The position numbers and the translations under genes are program-made. Source: Sediminibacterium sp. (lineage in GTDB: Bacteria; Bacteroidota; Bacteroidia; Chitinophagales; Chitinophagaceae). Taken from it: a stretch of DNA of 64,000 bases. Below are positions 20,724-30,939 of this stretch, in pieces. The notes below the pieces were generated by a model. The model ran no database searches. It was not told the DNA's origin and saw nothing but the letters and a program-made list of their open reading frames with translations. The stretch lies in the NCBI GenBank assembly GCA_965283985.1, contig CBDIQK010000015.1:381-64380 (forward strand), given 5' to 3'. Each line of letters opens with the position of its first letter. Position 1 is the first letter of the stretch.

Positions 20724-21770
20724 TTACAATTTTGCTAAAATCCAAGCGCCTGTGATCAACATATTTACCAAGGCCAATGGAATTAAACTTTTCCAACCTA
20801 GGTTCATCAATTGGTCATAGCGGAAACGTGGAATAGTCCAACGAATCCACATGAATATGAAAATGAACACAACAATTTTAAGCAGCAAAGTTCCAACTCC
20901 TACCAAGGCCGCAATATTTTGAGGTAAGACCTTTTCATCAAAGAAAGGAATGTCATAGCCACCAAAATACAAAGAAGCCATTACCGCACTACTCATAATC
21001 ATGTTCACGTATTCGCTAAACAAATAGAAACCCAATTTCATAGAGGAATACTCTTGGTGGTATCCAAAGTTCAATTCGTTCTCAGCTTCTGGAAGGTCAA
21101 AAGGCGTTCTATTACACTCTGCCATAGCACAGATAAAGAACAACAAAAAGCCCAGTGGCTGATAAGCAATATTCCACAAATGACCAGGAGCCATTTGCTG
21201 TTCTACAATGGTGCGTAAACTCAAACTACCTGTTGTCATCAACAATGCAATCAGTGCTATACCCATGGCCAATTCATAACTGATGGCTTGTGAAGCACCA
21301 CGCAGTGCTGCCATCAAGGAGAATTTATTATTTGAAGCCCAGCCTCCAATCATGATCCCATACACACCCAAACTCACCACACCAAAAATGTAGAGGATCC
21401 CAATATTAACGTCTGCAATTTGCAGGTCAATGGTGCGGCCAAATAGTTCAACAGAAGATCCCCAAGGAATTACCGCGCAGGTCATCAGTGCGGCAGTCAT
21501 AGCCAAACCAGGACCCAAAATAAATAGGGCTTTGTTAGAAGAGTTGGGAATAATTTCTTCTTTCATGATTAGTTTCAGACCATCGGCAAATGGTTGGAAC
21601 AATCCAAAAGGACCAGCCCTTTCCGGACCTGGTCTGTCTTGTAGCACAGCCGCCACTTTGCGTTCTGCAAATGTGGTATAGAGGGCAATGCCCAAGCTAG
21701 CAAAAACGATGATGGCGATCAACACCAATTTTTCTATGATCAACAGCCAGTCTAAAGCAAGTAGTGTCAT
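20724..21770 (-). CDS. nuoH: NADH-quinone oxidoreductase subunit H
   Basis: ERKV..QDRPGP..QPFADGLKL, NRTPFDLPEAENEL and PRFRYDQLM. Confidence 0.97.
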   Translation of the reverse strand: MTLLALDWLLIIEKLVLIAIIVFASLGIALYTTFAERKVAAVLQDRPGPERAGPFGLFQPFADGLKLIMKEEIIPNSSNKALFILGPGLAMTAALMTCAVIPWGSSVELFGRTIDLQIADVNIGILYIFGVVSLGVYGIMIGGWASNNKFSLMAALRGASQAISYELAMGIALIALLMTTGSLSLRTIVEQQMAPGHLWNIAYQPLGFLLFFICAMAECNRTPFDLPEAENELNFGYHQEYSSMKLGFYLFSEYVNMIMSSAVMASLYFGGYDIPFFDEKVLPQNIAALVGVGTLLLKIVVFIFIFMWIRWTIPRFRYDQLMNLGWKSLIPLALVNMLITGAWILAKL

Positions 21771-21779
21771 GATTTCCTA

Positions 21780-22876
21780 TTAGTCGTTATCAGGATTAAA
21801 ATTGTTGGAATGGGCAGGACCATTGATCTTGCTCAATTCAATATGTGGTCTGTTTACTTCACTAACCTCATGTATGTCCATCAACAATTTTGGTTTTCTG
21901 CCATGCAACACGGCTTCAATGGTTTCAGTTGGCATATTGGTACCCACTGTACCCGCATAATGTCCTTGTGAAATCACAGAATGTCTATCAATGAGCCTTG
22001 GTCCTTCAATGGTCCAGTCACTAGATTGTTTTTTCTCAAAACGGCATTCGTTACGGATCCATTCTTCTACCTCACCCCACTGGTCTTTTCTAGCTGTAAC
22101 GCGGAACACTTCTTCTCCCTATTCCACAAAGTAACCTTACCACTACATGTAGGGCAGTCACGGTGTGCGTTCATGGGTTTGAGGAACCATACGCGATTTT
22201 TAAAACGGAAAGTTTTATCAGTTAAAGCACCTACTGGACAAACGTCAATCACGTTTCCAATAAAATCGCTTTGCAAATTCTTTTCAATCATGGTAGCAAT
22301 CTCAGAATGGTCACCCCTATCTAAAATGCCATGTTCTCTTTTTCCAGTCAATTGATCAGCTGCAAATACACATCTATAGCACAGAATGCAGCGTGTCATG
22401 TGTAGCTGAATATATTTACCCAAATCATGTTTTTTAAAGGTTCTGCGCTGGAACTCATAACGCGTACCTTCTTTACCATGCTCGTAGCTCAAATCTTGTA
22501 AATGACACTCACCAGCTTGGTCACAGATAGGACAATCCAATGGATGATTGAGCAACAAGAATTCTACAATGCCAGCTCTTGCATCAACCACTTTGGGACT
22601 AGTAATATTTTTTACTTCCATGCCATCCATTACGGTAGTGCGGCAAGAAGCAACCAGCTTGGGCATGGGCCTAGGATCTTTTTCAGAACCCTTGCTCACT
22701 TCTACCAAACAGGTACGGCATTTACCACCGCTGCCTTCTAGTTTGCTATAATAGCACATGGCAGGAGGAGCCACATCGCCACCAATCATCCGCGCAGCGT
22801 TTAAAATGGTGGTACCAGCGGGCACATCAATACTGATGTTGTCAATGGTTACTTTGAATAATGTTGTATCGGACAT
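21780..22876 (-). CDS. nuoG: NADH-quinone oxidoreductase subunit G, short form (~365 aa; frameshift near 22110)
   Basis: AMCYY..GKCRTCLVE, NHPLDCPICDQAGECHLQD, RCILCYRC and VCPVGAL. Continues into 21780-22109. Confidence 0.9.
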
Positions 22877-22900
22877 AAGTCAAATTTCTAAGGTCAATGT

Positions 22901-24253
22901 TTAAGCAGGCACATGAATAGGGTCAGCATAATGAGCCAATCCAAAATTCCTTGTCTGCGCTTCTGCTGCATGGCTTACATGCCATTCAAATTCATCCCTA
23001 AAATGACGGATAGCAGCGGCAACAGGCCATGCTGCAGCGTCACCCAAAGGACAAATGGTATTTCCTTCAATCTTGCGTTGGATATCCCAAAGCAAATCAA
23101 TATCACTGCTCTTGCCTTCGCCTTTTTCTAAGCGATACAATAGCTTTTCCATCCAACCAGTTCCTTCTCTACATGGAGAACACTGACCGCAACTTTCGTG
23201 TCTATAAAATCGCGCCAGCGAATAAGTATTTCTCACCACGCATTGGTCTTCATCCAACACAATAAAACCACCAGAACCCATCATAGAGCCAGTGGCAAAA
23301 CCACCATCGCTCAAGCTCTCGTAATTCATGTAACGCGTTTCACCCTTGGCTGTTTTCAACAACAGGTTGGCAGGTAAAATAGGAACAGAAGAACCACCCG
23401 GAATACAAGCTTTTAATCTTTTGCCGTTGGCGATACCTCCGCAATATTCATCACTATAAATAAATTCTTCTACCGAAATGGTCATGTCAATCTCAAAGAC
23501 ACCAGGCTTGTTAATATTACCACAAGCAGAGATGAGTTTGGTACCAGTAGATTTACCCACACCAATCTTAGCATATTCTTCTCCACCTTCATTGATAATA
23601 GGAACCACAGAAGCCAAAGTTTCTACGTTGTTTACCACCGTTGGTCTACCCCAAACTCCTTTGATAGCAGGGAATGGAGGTTTGATTCTTGGATTACCAC
23701 GCTTACCTTCTAAGGACTCAATCAAGGCTGTTTCTTCACCACAGATATAAGCACCTGCACCACGTTGTACATAGATCTCACAATCAAAACCAGTACCCAA
23801 AATATTCTTGCCTAAGAAGCCGTTTGCTTTTGCTTCCGCGATAGCCTGTTCCAAGATATCTGGGATCCAAGCATATTCACCACGGATATAAATATAAGTG
23901 GCATGGCTACCCAGTGCAAAACTGGAAACAATCAAACCTTCAATCAATAAGTGAGGAATAAATTCCATCAAGTAACGGTCTTTAAAAGTACCAGGCTCAC
24001 TTTCATCTGCATTACATACTAAGTGTCTAGGAACGCCTTCTGGTTTGGCAATAAAACTCCATTTCATACCTGCAGGGAAACCCGCACCACCTCTGCCACG
24101 TAGACCGCTCTTCTTTACTTCTTCCACAATCTCTTCAGGAGACATGGTTTTCAAAGCCTTTTCCACGCTGCGGTAACCACCTTCTCTGCGGTAGACTTCA
24201 AAACTGCGAATCCCTTCTACATGCGCTTTTTCTAGTAATAGTTTTCTTCCCAT
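22901..24253 (-). CDS. nuoF: NADH-quinone oxidoreductase subunit F
   Basis: SGLRGRGGAGFP, CNADESEPGTFKDR, GAGAYICGEETAL and ESCGQCSPCREG. Confidence 0.97.
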   Translation of the reverse strand: MGRKLLLEKAHVEGIRSFEVYRREGGYRSVEKALKTMSPEEIVEEVKKSGLRGRGGAGFPAGMKWSFIAKPEGVPRHLVCNADESEPGTFKDRYLMEFIPHLLIEGLIVSSFALGSHATYIYIRGEYAWIPDILEQAIAEAKANGFLGKNILGTGFDCEIYVQRGAGAYICGEETALIESLEGKRGNPRIKPPFPAIKGVWGRPTVVNNVETLASVVPIINEGGEEYAKIGVGKSTGTKLISACGNINKPGVFEIDMTISVEEFIYSDEYCGGIANGKRLKACIPGGSSVPILPANLLLKTAKGETRYMNYESLSDGGFATGSMMGSGGFIVLDEDQCVVRNTYSLARFYRHESCGQCSPCREGTGWMEKLLYRLEKGEGKSSDIDLLWDIQRKIEGNTICPLGDAAAWPVAAAIRHFRDEFEWHVSHAAEAQTRNFGLAHYADPIHVPA

Positions 24254-24256
24254 ATA

Positions 24257-24757
24257 TTAGTTGTTCGCGGCTGCAGCTGATCTGCATTCCGCAATGATTG
24301 CATCCACTTTTTCTTTAGTCAGGTGTTCTCTATAATGTTTGCCCAATTGCATCATGGGAGCATAACCACAAGCGCCCAAACATTCCACTGTTTTCAAAGT
24401 GAAAAGTCCGTCAGTAGTAGTTTCTCCTGGTTTAATGCCCAAGGTCTTACCTATATAGTCAATGATATTGTCGCTTCCATTTAACATGCAAGGACCTGTT
24501 TGACAAACTTCAAACAGGTATTTACCAACTGGCTTGGTATTGTACATGCTATAGAAAGTTGCTACTTCATATACTTCAATGGGTGTAATCTGCAAGAGTT
24601 CAGCCACATAATCCATGGTCTCTGCGCTCAACCATCCGCCAAAACTGTCTTGTGCCAAATGCAATAAGGGCAAGAGTGCACTCTTCTGCTTTCCTTCTGG
24701 ATAGCGAGCAATGATCTCGTTCACTTTTGCCATCTGCGCTTCTGAAAATTGTACCAT
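24257..24757 (-). CDS. nuoE: NADH-quinone oxidoreductase subunit E
   Basis: SALLPLLHLAQ, EVATFYSMY, CQTGPC and ECLGACGYAP. Confidence 0.96.
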   Translation of the reverse strand: MVQFSEAQMAKVNEIIARYPEGKQKSALLPLLHLAQDSFGGWLSAETMDYVAELLQITPIEVYEVATFYSMYNTKPVGKYLFEVCQTGPCMLNGSDNIIDYIGKTLGIKPGETTTDGLFTLKTVECLGACGYAPMMQLGKHYREHLTKEKVDAIIAECRSAAAANN

Positions 24758-24798
24758 ACGGTTATCTCAATTTCAATGATTCAAATTATTACCTACTC

Positions 24799-26031
24799 TT
24801 AAGCATCCAGTTCACCTGCAATCAGGTTCAAGCTACTCATGACCACAATGGCGTCACTCAACATACCACCCACTACCAATTCAGAATAGGCTTGGTAATA
24901 GATAAAAGAAGGTCTGCGGAAATGCAAACGGAAAGGCGTTCTACCACCATCGCTGATCAGATAGAATCCAAGTTCCCCATTACCACCTTCCACTGCTGAA
25001 TAAACTTCGCCTTTAGGCATTTCAACCTCACCCATCACAATTTTAAAATGCCAGATCAAAGCTTCCATCTTGGTGTAGACGTCTTCTTTTTTAGGCAAAT
25101 AATATTCAGGAACATCTGCGTGATATACATCGGCATCCGTGCCCTTAAATCCTTGTACTTTTTGGTAGGCTTGGTTAATGATGCTCAAGCTCTCCCACAT
25201 TTCTCCATTACGCACCAAGAACCTATCATAGCTATCACCGGTAGTTCCTACAGGTACTTTAAAATCAAAGTCTTCATAGCTACTATAAGGTGTGTGTACA
25301 CGAACATCATAGTCAACACCAGCCGCACGTAAGTTTGGTCCGGTAAAGCCATAGTTCAAAGCACGTTCTGCACTAATAGGACCCGCACCAATGGTACGAT
25401 CCATAAAAATGCGGTTACGCGTAAATAAGTTTTCCAGTTCGCGTAAAGCTGCTGGATATTCTTTTAAGAATTTCTCGAGTTTCGTAAATGCTGTATTTGA
25501 GAAATCCCTTTCAAAGCCGCCAATACGCCCAATATTAGTAGTAAGGCGGGACCCACATACTTCTTCATATATTTCATAGATTAATTCGCGGTATTGCATG
25601 ATGTACATGAACCCAGTGTAAGCACCCGTATCCACACCCATGATGGAATTACAAATCAAATGATCTGCAATACGAGCCAATTCCATGATGATGATGCGTA
25701 GGTAATCTACACGCTTAGGAGTTTGTACACCCAATAGTTTTTCACAGGTCAAATGCCAACCCATATTATTGATAGGACTGCTACAATAGTTGAGCCTGTC
25801 TGTAATAGGAGTAACCTGGTTCAAGGGTCTGCGTTCAGCCAATTTTTCAAACGCGCGGTGAATATATCCCACGGTTTGTTCGGCCGATACAATCCTCTCT
25901 CCATCCAATTCCATGATATTCTGGAATACACCGTGTGTGGCAGGGTGTGTAGGCCCCATATTCAGCGTAGTAGTCTGCTTTTCTATGGATCCTTCCGGAA
26001 GTTTGATATGGTGTTGATGATGCTCTGTCAT
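24799..26031 (-). CDS. nuoD: NADH-quinone oxidoreductase subunit D
   Basis: LNMGPTHPATHGV, GYIHRAFEK, DRLNY and GELGFYL. Confidence 0.96.
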   Translation of the reverse strand: MTEHHQHHIKLPEGSIEKQTTTLNMGPTHPATHGVFQNIMELDGERIVSAEQTVGYIHRAFEKLAERRPLNQVTPITDRLNYCSSPINNMGWHLTCEKLLGVQTPKRVDYLRIIIMELARIADHLICNSIMGVDTGAYTGFMYIMQYRELIYEIYEEVCGSRLTTNIGRIGGFERDFSNTAFTKLEKFLKEYPAALRELENLFTRNRIFMDRTIGAGPISAERALNYGFTGPNLRAAGVDYDVRVHTPYSSYEDFDFKVPVGTTGDSYDRFLVRNGEMWESLSIINQAYQKVQGFKGTDADVYHADVPEYYLPKKEDVYTKMEALIWHFKIVMGEVEMPKGEVYSAVEGGNGELGFYLISDGGRTPFRLHFRRPSFIYYQAYSELVVGGMLSDAIVVMSSLNLIAGELDA

Positions 26032-26042
26032 ATAAGTCTATT

Positions 26043-26549
26043 TTATCCTCTGCCAAACATTTGATCGTCTTTGTCAATACGGGTTTGGTCTTCCAGAGGA
26101 AACTCTTTTCTTAATGGGAAATAATCCATTTCGTCTACGTTCAAAATCCTTTTCAGGTTGGGGTGACCAACAAAATTTACTCCAAAAAAGTCATAGGTCT
26201 CACGCTCCATCCAGTTAGCTGCAGAATAGAGTTTGGTAGCAGTAAATACATCGGGCTGTGCCACGGGTGCAAATACTTTGAAACGGATTCTGAGATTATC
26301 TTTTAGGTTGTGTAAATGATAGACCACGGCTAATTCTCTACCAACTTGATCAGGGTAGTTAACAGCGCATAAATCGGTCAAAAACTGAAAGCCAAGATCG
26401 GCTTCGTCGTGTAGAAATTGCAACAGTTTCAGGTTCTGGTCTTTTTCAACTTCAAAGCTGAGCATACCATAGGGTTCTTCAAAATTGGAGACTATTGCCC
26501 CAAATTTTTCTGAAAGTCTTTGTTGTACGTGTTCGTTAGTTAATGCCAT
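26043..26549 (-). CDS. nuoC: NADH-quinone oxidoreductase subunit C
   Basis: FLTDLCAVNYP, ANWMERETYDFFGV.F.GHPNLKRIL and PLRKEFP. Confidence 0.96.
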   Translation of the reverse strand: MALTNEHVQQRLSEKFGAIVSNFEEPYGMLSFEVEKDQNLKLLQFLHDEADLGFQFLTDLCAVNYPDQVGRELAVVYHLHNLKDNLRIRFKVFAPVAQPDVFTATKLYSAANWMERETYDFFGVNFVGHPNLKRILNVDEMDYFPLRKEFPLEDQTRIDKDDQMFGRG

Positions 26550-26587
26550 TTCAATCTGATTACCTTAAAAGTATCATTCTAATTCCA

Positions 26588-27160
26588 TTAACTTATTATA
26601 CCAGGGCTTAATATAGTTTGTTGTCTCTTAATTTTCTTTTGTAGTTGTAAAATACCATACAAAAGAGCTTCCGCTGTTGGAGGACAACCTGGAACATATA
26701 TATCTACAGGAACTATTCTGATCACAGCCCCTGTACAACTGAATAAGAATCAATGATAGTAGCCGCCCCCATTAGCACAGCTACCCATCGAAATCACCCA
26801 GCGGGGTTCTGCCATTTGGAGATAAACTTGTCTTAAAACAGGTCCCATTTTTTTAGCAATGGTGCCCATTACCATCAATAAATCACACTGACGGGGAGAG
26901 AAGCCCACTCTTTACATGAACCAAAACGATGCAAAATCGTAATGCGAATGCCATAGTATGCCATGAATTCAATCCCGCAACAAGATGTAGCAAAAGGCAG
27001 GGGCCAAAGCGAGTTCTTTGCTGGCCAAACCCACCACATCGCTCAGCTTAGTGGTAAAAAACCCTTCTCCAGCATATCCATCTGGTGCTTCCGCAACAGA
27101 AACTGCATCAGAGATTTTGGCCTCAATGGGTGTAATATTGAATCTAACCGGACGTGACAT
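26588..27160 (-). CDS. nuoB: NADH-quinone oxidoreductase subunit B (multiple indels; apparently chimeric 3' half)
   Basis: Manual reading: [61 protein letters not shown] and [12 protein letters not shown]. Lies between nuoA and nuoC. Confidence 0.92.
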
Positions 27161-27262
27161 AATTTTCAATTAAATGGTCAAAATTAAAAAGTCTCATGAA
27201 CTAGGATAATAACCAGTTACAACCCTATATGTTCACAGACCATTGGTTCTAATCAACCAATC

Positions 27263-27664
27263 CTAGTCTTCCCACTTCAATGCGCCTTTTTGAATGATAT
27301 AAATGAATCCTATAACAAAAAAGCCCACAAACATCAGCAGGGCACTAAAACCGCCCCAACCTAGTTCGCGAAAATTCACGGCATAGGGATAGAAAAATAT
27401 CACTTCCACATCGAATAGTACAAAGAGGATGGCTACTAAAAAGTACTTGATAGCCATTGGTTGGCGGGCATTGCCATGAGATTCAATACCACTGGCAAAG
27501 TTCTCCAGCTTGTCGGCGGTTTTACGCTTGGGACCCACCCAGGCGGAAAGACCAATCATAAAAGCCACAAAACCCGCTGCAAAGATCAATTGTATGCCAA
27601 TTGGCAGGTAATTGGCGGCGGTATTTGATTCATTTACATCCAATAAAAAGGTCAACCAGCTCAT
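27263..27664 (-). CDS. nuoA: NADH-quinone oxidoreductase subunit A
   Basis: KYFLVAILFVLFDVEVIFFYPYA and KGALKWED. Confidence 0.96.
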   Translation of the reverse strand: MSWLTFLLDVNESNTAANYLPIGIQLIFAAGFVAFMIGLSAWVGPKRKTADKLENFASGIESHGNARQPMAIKYFLVAILFVLFDVEVIFFYPYAVNFRELGWGGFSALLMFVGFFVIGFIYIIQKGALKWED

Positions 27665-27683
27665 GCTTTTATTTTAAGTGCTG

Positions 27684-27691
27684 CAAAAATA
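27684..27691 (-). promoter_or_regulatory. -7 box TATTTTTG of the nuo operon
   Basis: TAnnTTTG, 19 nt upstream of the nuoA ATG. Confidence 0.6.
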
Positions 27692-27710
27692 AGCCTGTTA
27701 GGCTGGATAT

Positions 27711-27738
27711 AAAAGAAAAACTCCCCAAAAAGGGGAGT
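27711..27738 (-). terminator. intrinsic terminator after the TPR gene
   Basis: ACTCCCC/GGGGAGT stem followed by TTTTCTTTT on the minus strand. Confidence 0.65.
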
Positions 27739-27765
27739 AATTTCTTAGGTTTTGTTAGTATTTGA

Positions 27766-29499
27766 CTAGTTATTTTTTGTTGCGGGGGTAGCTCCAGTAT
27801 TTCCTGTAGTCTTATTTCCTGTTTTAGGAGGCGCAGGAGGGTTGCTAATTTCCTTTTCCACAATCGGTTTAACTTGAAGACCATATTTATCTTCTGGGTA
27901 AACAACCAATAATTTATTCAAGATTTCCAATGTTTTTGGATAATCCTTTGCCCTATCATGGTAATAAGAAGCTAAATAATAGAATTGGTAAGGTAATATT
28001 CTTGCATTTTTAGCTGGATCTTTTGATAAGAAATCAATGTAGGCCATTACAGCTGGCACAGCTGTACCCTTAGTAGTATCTGCATCTTCTGCAATTGCAG
28101 CATTTGCTGCAAAACGATACCCAAACAATTGATCAGGGAATTTGGCAATATAATCAGCACTAAATTTCTTTCCGTCTTCAATTGCACCGGATTTAGCAGC
28201 TGCATCACAGATAAAGTAAAAATCCCTGTTAGACAAATCTGGCTTAAGTTCAGCAACCTTTTTCAACCAAAACAATTGCTCTTTGTACATTTTAGCCTTA
28301 CCATACAAATCAGCAGCCTGATTCATATAGTTCAGTTTGTTTACTCTAGAAGTATCATTTCCAATAGCTTGTTCCAAATAACCCACGGTTTGAGCTTCTC
28401 TACCTGGGAATTTTGACAACAATTTCACGGCCAATTCATAGTCCTGGCTTTGAATATCCAATTTGGCGTCAAAGAATTTGATCACATTGTCACGTGCTGC
28501 AACGCTATCACCCAAACGGTCATAGTTATAAGCATATAACAAGCTCAATCTTGGAGCAGCAGCCAAACCAGCAGATGCTTCAATTTCTTTGGCTTTGACC
28601 AATGACTCAGAATATTTACCCGCACGGAATAGGTATTCTGCATAGAAGAAATCGTTCAAAGGATCTTTATCTGCATACTTTAAGAAATCATCCAAATATC
28701 CTTTTGCTCTAACCACGTCTCTGTTAGAATAGTAGTTGAACAATTCCAAATAAGGCGCAGGGAAACTTGGATCAGCAGCAATGGCATTGTTAAAATATTG
28801 CTCCAAAGATTCTTTGTTGTTTTGGCTTTGGTATACTTTACCAATACGCCACATAGCCCTAGCATTTTTAGGATCACGGCTAATGGCATCTTGGAAAGCT
28901 TTTACTGCTTCACCACCATTTTCACCACCTGTTTTCAGGTAGCAGATACCCATATTGGTCATGATGTCTGGATTGACTAAATCAATAGCAGCTGCCTGCT
29001 TTAATTTTTCAATTCCATACATTGGATCACCTACGGTAGAACCACCCAATGCATTGGCAAAACCAATGGCATTTAAAATTGCAGGGCTAGGCTTGCCCTT
29101 GTTTTTACCCTTGGTTTCAGTGGTAGTAGTAATGGCCTGCTCAAACTTTTGCTTGGCAGCATTAATATTGTTTGATTCCAAGATATCCATGGTTCCTTGA
29201 CCCACCCAAATTAAGGGGTCATTCACGCCGTCTTGTAATGCTTTTTGATAAATGGCCCTAGCAGCAGCAACACCATCAGCAGACAACACTTCACGGTTCT
29301 TAGCAACATTTGCAATACCCAACCAGTATATCGCCTGGGGATCTTTAGGATTTGCATCATAGGCTTTCTGCAGAACATCTTTTGCACTTTTGTTCTTGTA
29401 AACGGCCTGTAACAATTTGATGCCATCTGGTATAGATTGTGCCATAGCGCACTGCACCATTACCAAAGCTGTTAACATCAGCGATACGGTCTTCTTCAT
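27766..29499 (-). CDS. secreted tetratricopeptide repeat protein
   Basis: Signal peptide and repeated helical units (PKDPQAIYWLG, DPKNARAMWRIGKVY, DPSFPAPYLELFNYY). Confidence 0.85.
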   Translation of the reverse strand: MKKTVSLMLTALVMVQCAMAQSIPDGIKLLQAVYKNKSAKDVLQKAYDANPKDPQAIYWLGIANVAKNREVLSADGVAAARAIYQKALQDGVNDPLIWVGQGTMDILESNNINAAKQKFEQAITTTTETKGKNKGKPSPAILNAIGFANALGGSTVGDPMYGIEKLKQAAAIDLVNPDIMTNMGICYLKTGGENGGEAVKAFQDAISRDPKNARAMWRIGKVYQSQNNKESLEQYFNNAIAADPSFPAPYLELFNYYSNRDVVRAKGYLDDFLKYADKDPLNDFFYAEYLFRAGKYSESLVKAKEIEASAGLAAAPRLSLLYAYNYDRLGDSVAARDNVIKFFDAKLDIQSQDYELAVKLLSKFPGREAQTVGYLEQAIGNDTSRVNKLNYMNQAADLYGKAKMYKEQLFWLKKVAELKPDLSNRDFYFICDAAAKSGAIEDGKKFSADYIAKFPDQLFGYRFAANAAIAEDADTTKGTAVPAVMAYIDFLSKDPAKNARILPYQFYYLASYYHDRAKDYPKTLEILNKLLVVYPEDKYGLQVKPIVEKEISNPPAPPKTGNKTTGNTGATPATKNN

Positions 29500-29523
29500 T
29501 TGTCTTTTTTTATCATTGTTCTG

Positions 29524-30447
29524 TTAATCTGACTCTTTTATTTTACCGGAACGTTTGTTGAAATTCATTTTTGCAGGAACCAATAAGGCTCTTTTAAAAA
29601 TCAACTGTCCCCTTTCTAAACTTAAAAAATTCATGAACCCGGTACCCAAACCTGCTGCATTCTCTTTTACTATATAGTATAAGGGTCTAGGAAGCGGGTA
29701 TTGCGCGTAGGCGATGGTTGCTTGGGAAGGCTTTGCAAAAAAACCTTTCTCTACACAACGCACACATTCTACCAGGGCCAATCTAATAGATTTGAGCTGC
29801 TCCTGTTGTTTGGGATCATGACTATCACCCACCCAACTCAAGCCTACAAATCCAACTACGTTTTCATTTTTTGAAACAATATCTATTACGTCAGCACTGT
29901 TTTTAGAAGCTACCACATTGGCCCCAAAGCTTGCTCCTTTTAAAATGCTGTCTTGCAAAAAGCGCACGGTACTGGTGGCATTTTTCCCATCCATTACTGC
30001 TATTCTTTTGCTTTTTCCGCTGAGAATATCTTTCAAATCGGCAATACTAAACACGCTGTCTTTAGAAGCTTGGTTTACTATTACCGCTACCGCGTCATAA
30101 GCCAGAATGGCAAATTGCGGCTGAAAACTCAATTTTGATTCAAAGAACGCTGTTTCATTTTTGGTTAGCCCTCTGGCTATCAAAATCATTCTAGTGCTGT
30201 CATTCTGTAAGTCTTTCAAACACTCTACTTCCGGTTTATAAGAAGCAATGATCTTGGTATCCGGAAAAGAAGAATGATGCACTTTAATCTGTTCTTCAAT
30301 TACCGGTTTAAAACTCTCATCCACACTAATCCGAATGGTACCCTTATTGGGTGTATCCCGATCATCCACCTGATTTGTTTTGGTTTTGCAAGCACCCAAT
30401 AGGGCGATGGCAAGCAACATCATCATGGTTATTCTGTACTGCTTCAT
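29524..30447 (-). CDS. PstS-family substrate-binding lipoprotein
   Basis: Lipobox LLGAC, GTIRISVDESFKPVIE, AYDAVAVIVN, YPLPRPLY and GQLIFKR. No pstCAB nearby. Confidence 0.85.
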   Translation of the reverse strand: MKQYRITMMMLLAIALLGACKTKTNQVDDRDTPNKGTIRISVDESFKPVIEEQIKVHHSSFPDTKIIASYKPEVECLKDLQNDSTRMILIARGLTKNETAFFESKLSFQPQFAILAYDAVAVIVNQASKDSVFSIADLKDILSGKSKRIAVMDGKNATSTVRFLQDSILKGASFGANVVASKNSADVIDIVSKNENVVGFVGLSWVGDSHDPKQQEQLKSIRLALVECVRCVEKGFFAKPSQATIAYAQYPLPRPLYYIVKENAAGLGTGFMNFLSLERGQLIFKRALLVPAKMNFNKRSGKIKESD

Positions 30448-30448
30448 A

Positions 30449-30682
30449 TCAATAATCCCGCTTTATCCCTCTGTACAACCTGAATCCACCGTATAATAAA
30501 CAGATTCCGCCAAACATATACCTGAACGCAAGATCCGAGTCCATGATTTGCTGAATTTTGAACTGTTCAGCAAAAAACAAGACGGATGCCATACCCAAAA
30601 TCAAAATGGCCATGGTTAAGTCATATGTCATGCGCATCAAAGTATAACTTTTCTGCTGTTTTTCTCTGAAACGGTCTTCCAT
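30449..30682 (-). CDS. small two-TM membrane protein
   Basis: Two hydrophobic segments ending LYGGFRLYRG. Stop is 1 nt from the pstS-like start. Confidence 0.75.
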   Translation of the reverse strand: MEDRFREKQQKSYTLMRMTYDLTMAILILGMASVLFFAEQFKIQQIMDSDLAFRYMFGGICLLYGGFRLYRGIKRDY

Positions 30683-30908
30683 TTAACAATCTATTGAAAC
30701 AGGGTGGGCAATTTAGTTAATAATTCGAATGAGAAAAGCAAAAATGCCAATCAATTCAAAACAAAATCCTTTGTTTAAGTATAGATGCAGAAAATAAGCG
30801 TTTCCATAAGCACGCAAACGATTGAAACCTAATGGTTGTTAGTAAAAACAACCCATATGATTTTTATTTTCACTTGGTTACTGACTAGGCCTGCTAAATG
30901 CCAGTCCT

Positions 30909-30916
30909 TAACTTTG
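30909..30916 (+). promoter_or_regulatory. -7 box TAACTTTG upstream of the phosphatase
   Basis: TAnnTTTG match. Supports a start at 30940 or 30946 rather than 30898. Confidence 0.55.
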
Positions 30917-30939
30917 ACAACTTGTTTAGACATTCAACA

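Noticed and set aside
30790-30830. LacI-like half-palindromes TAAGCGTTTCCA and GCAAACGATTGA
   Set aside because: Weak matches in AT-rich DNA and no cognate regulator nearby.
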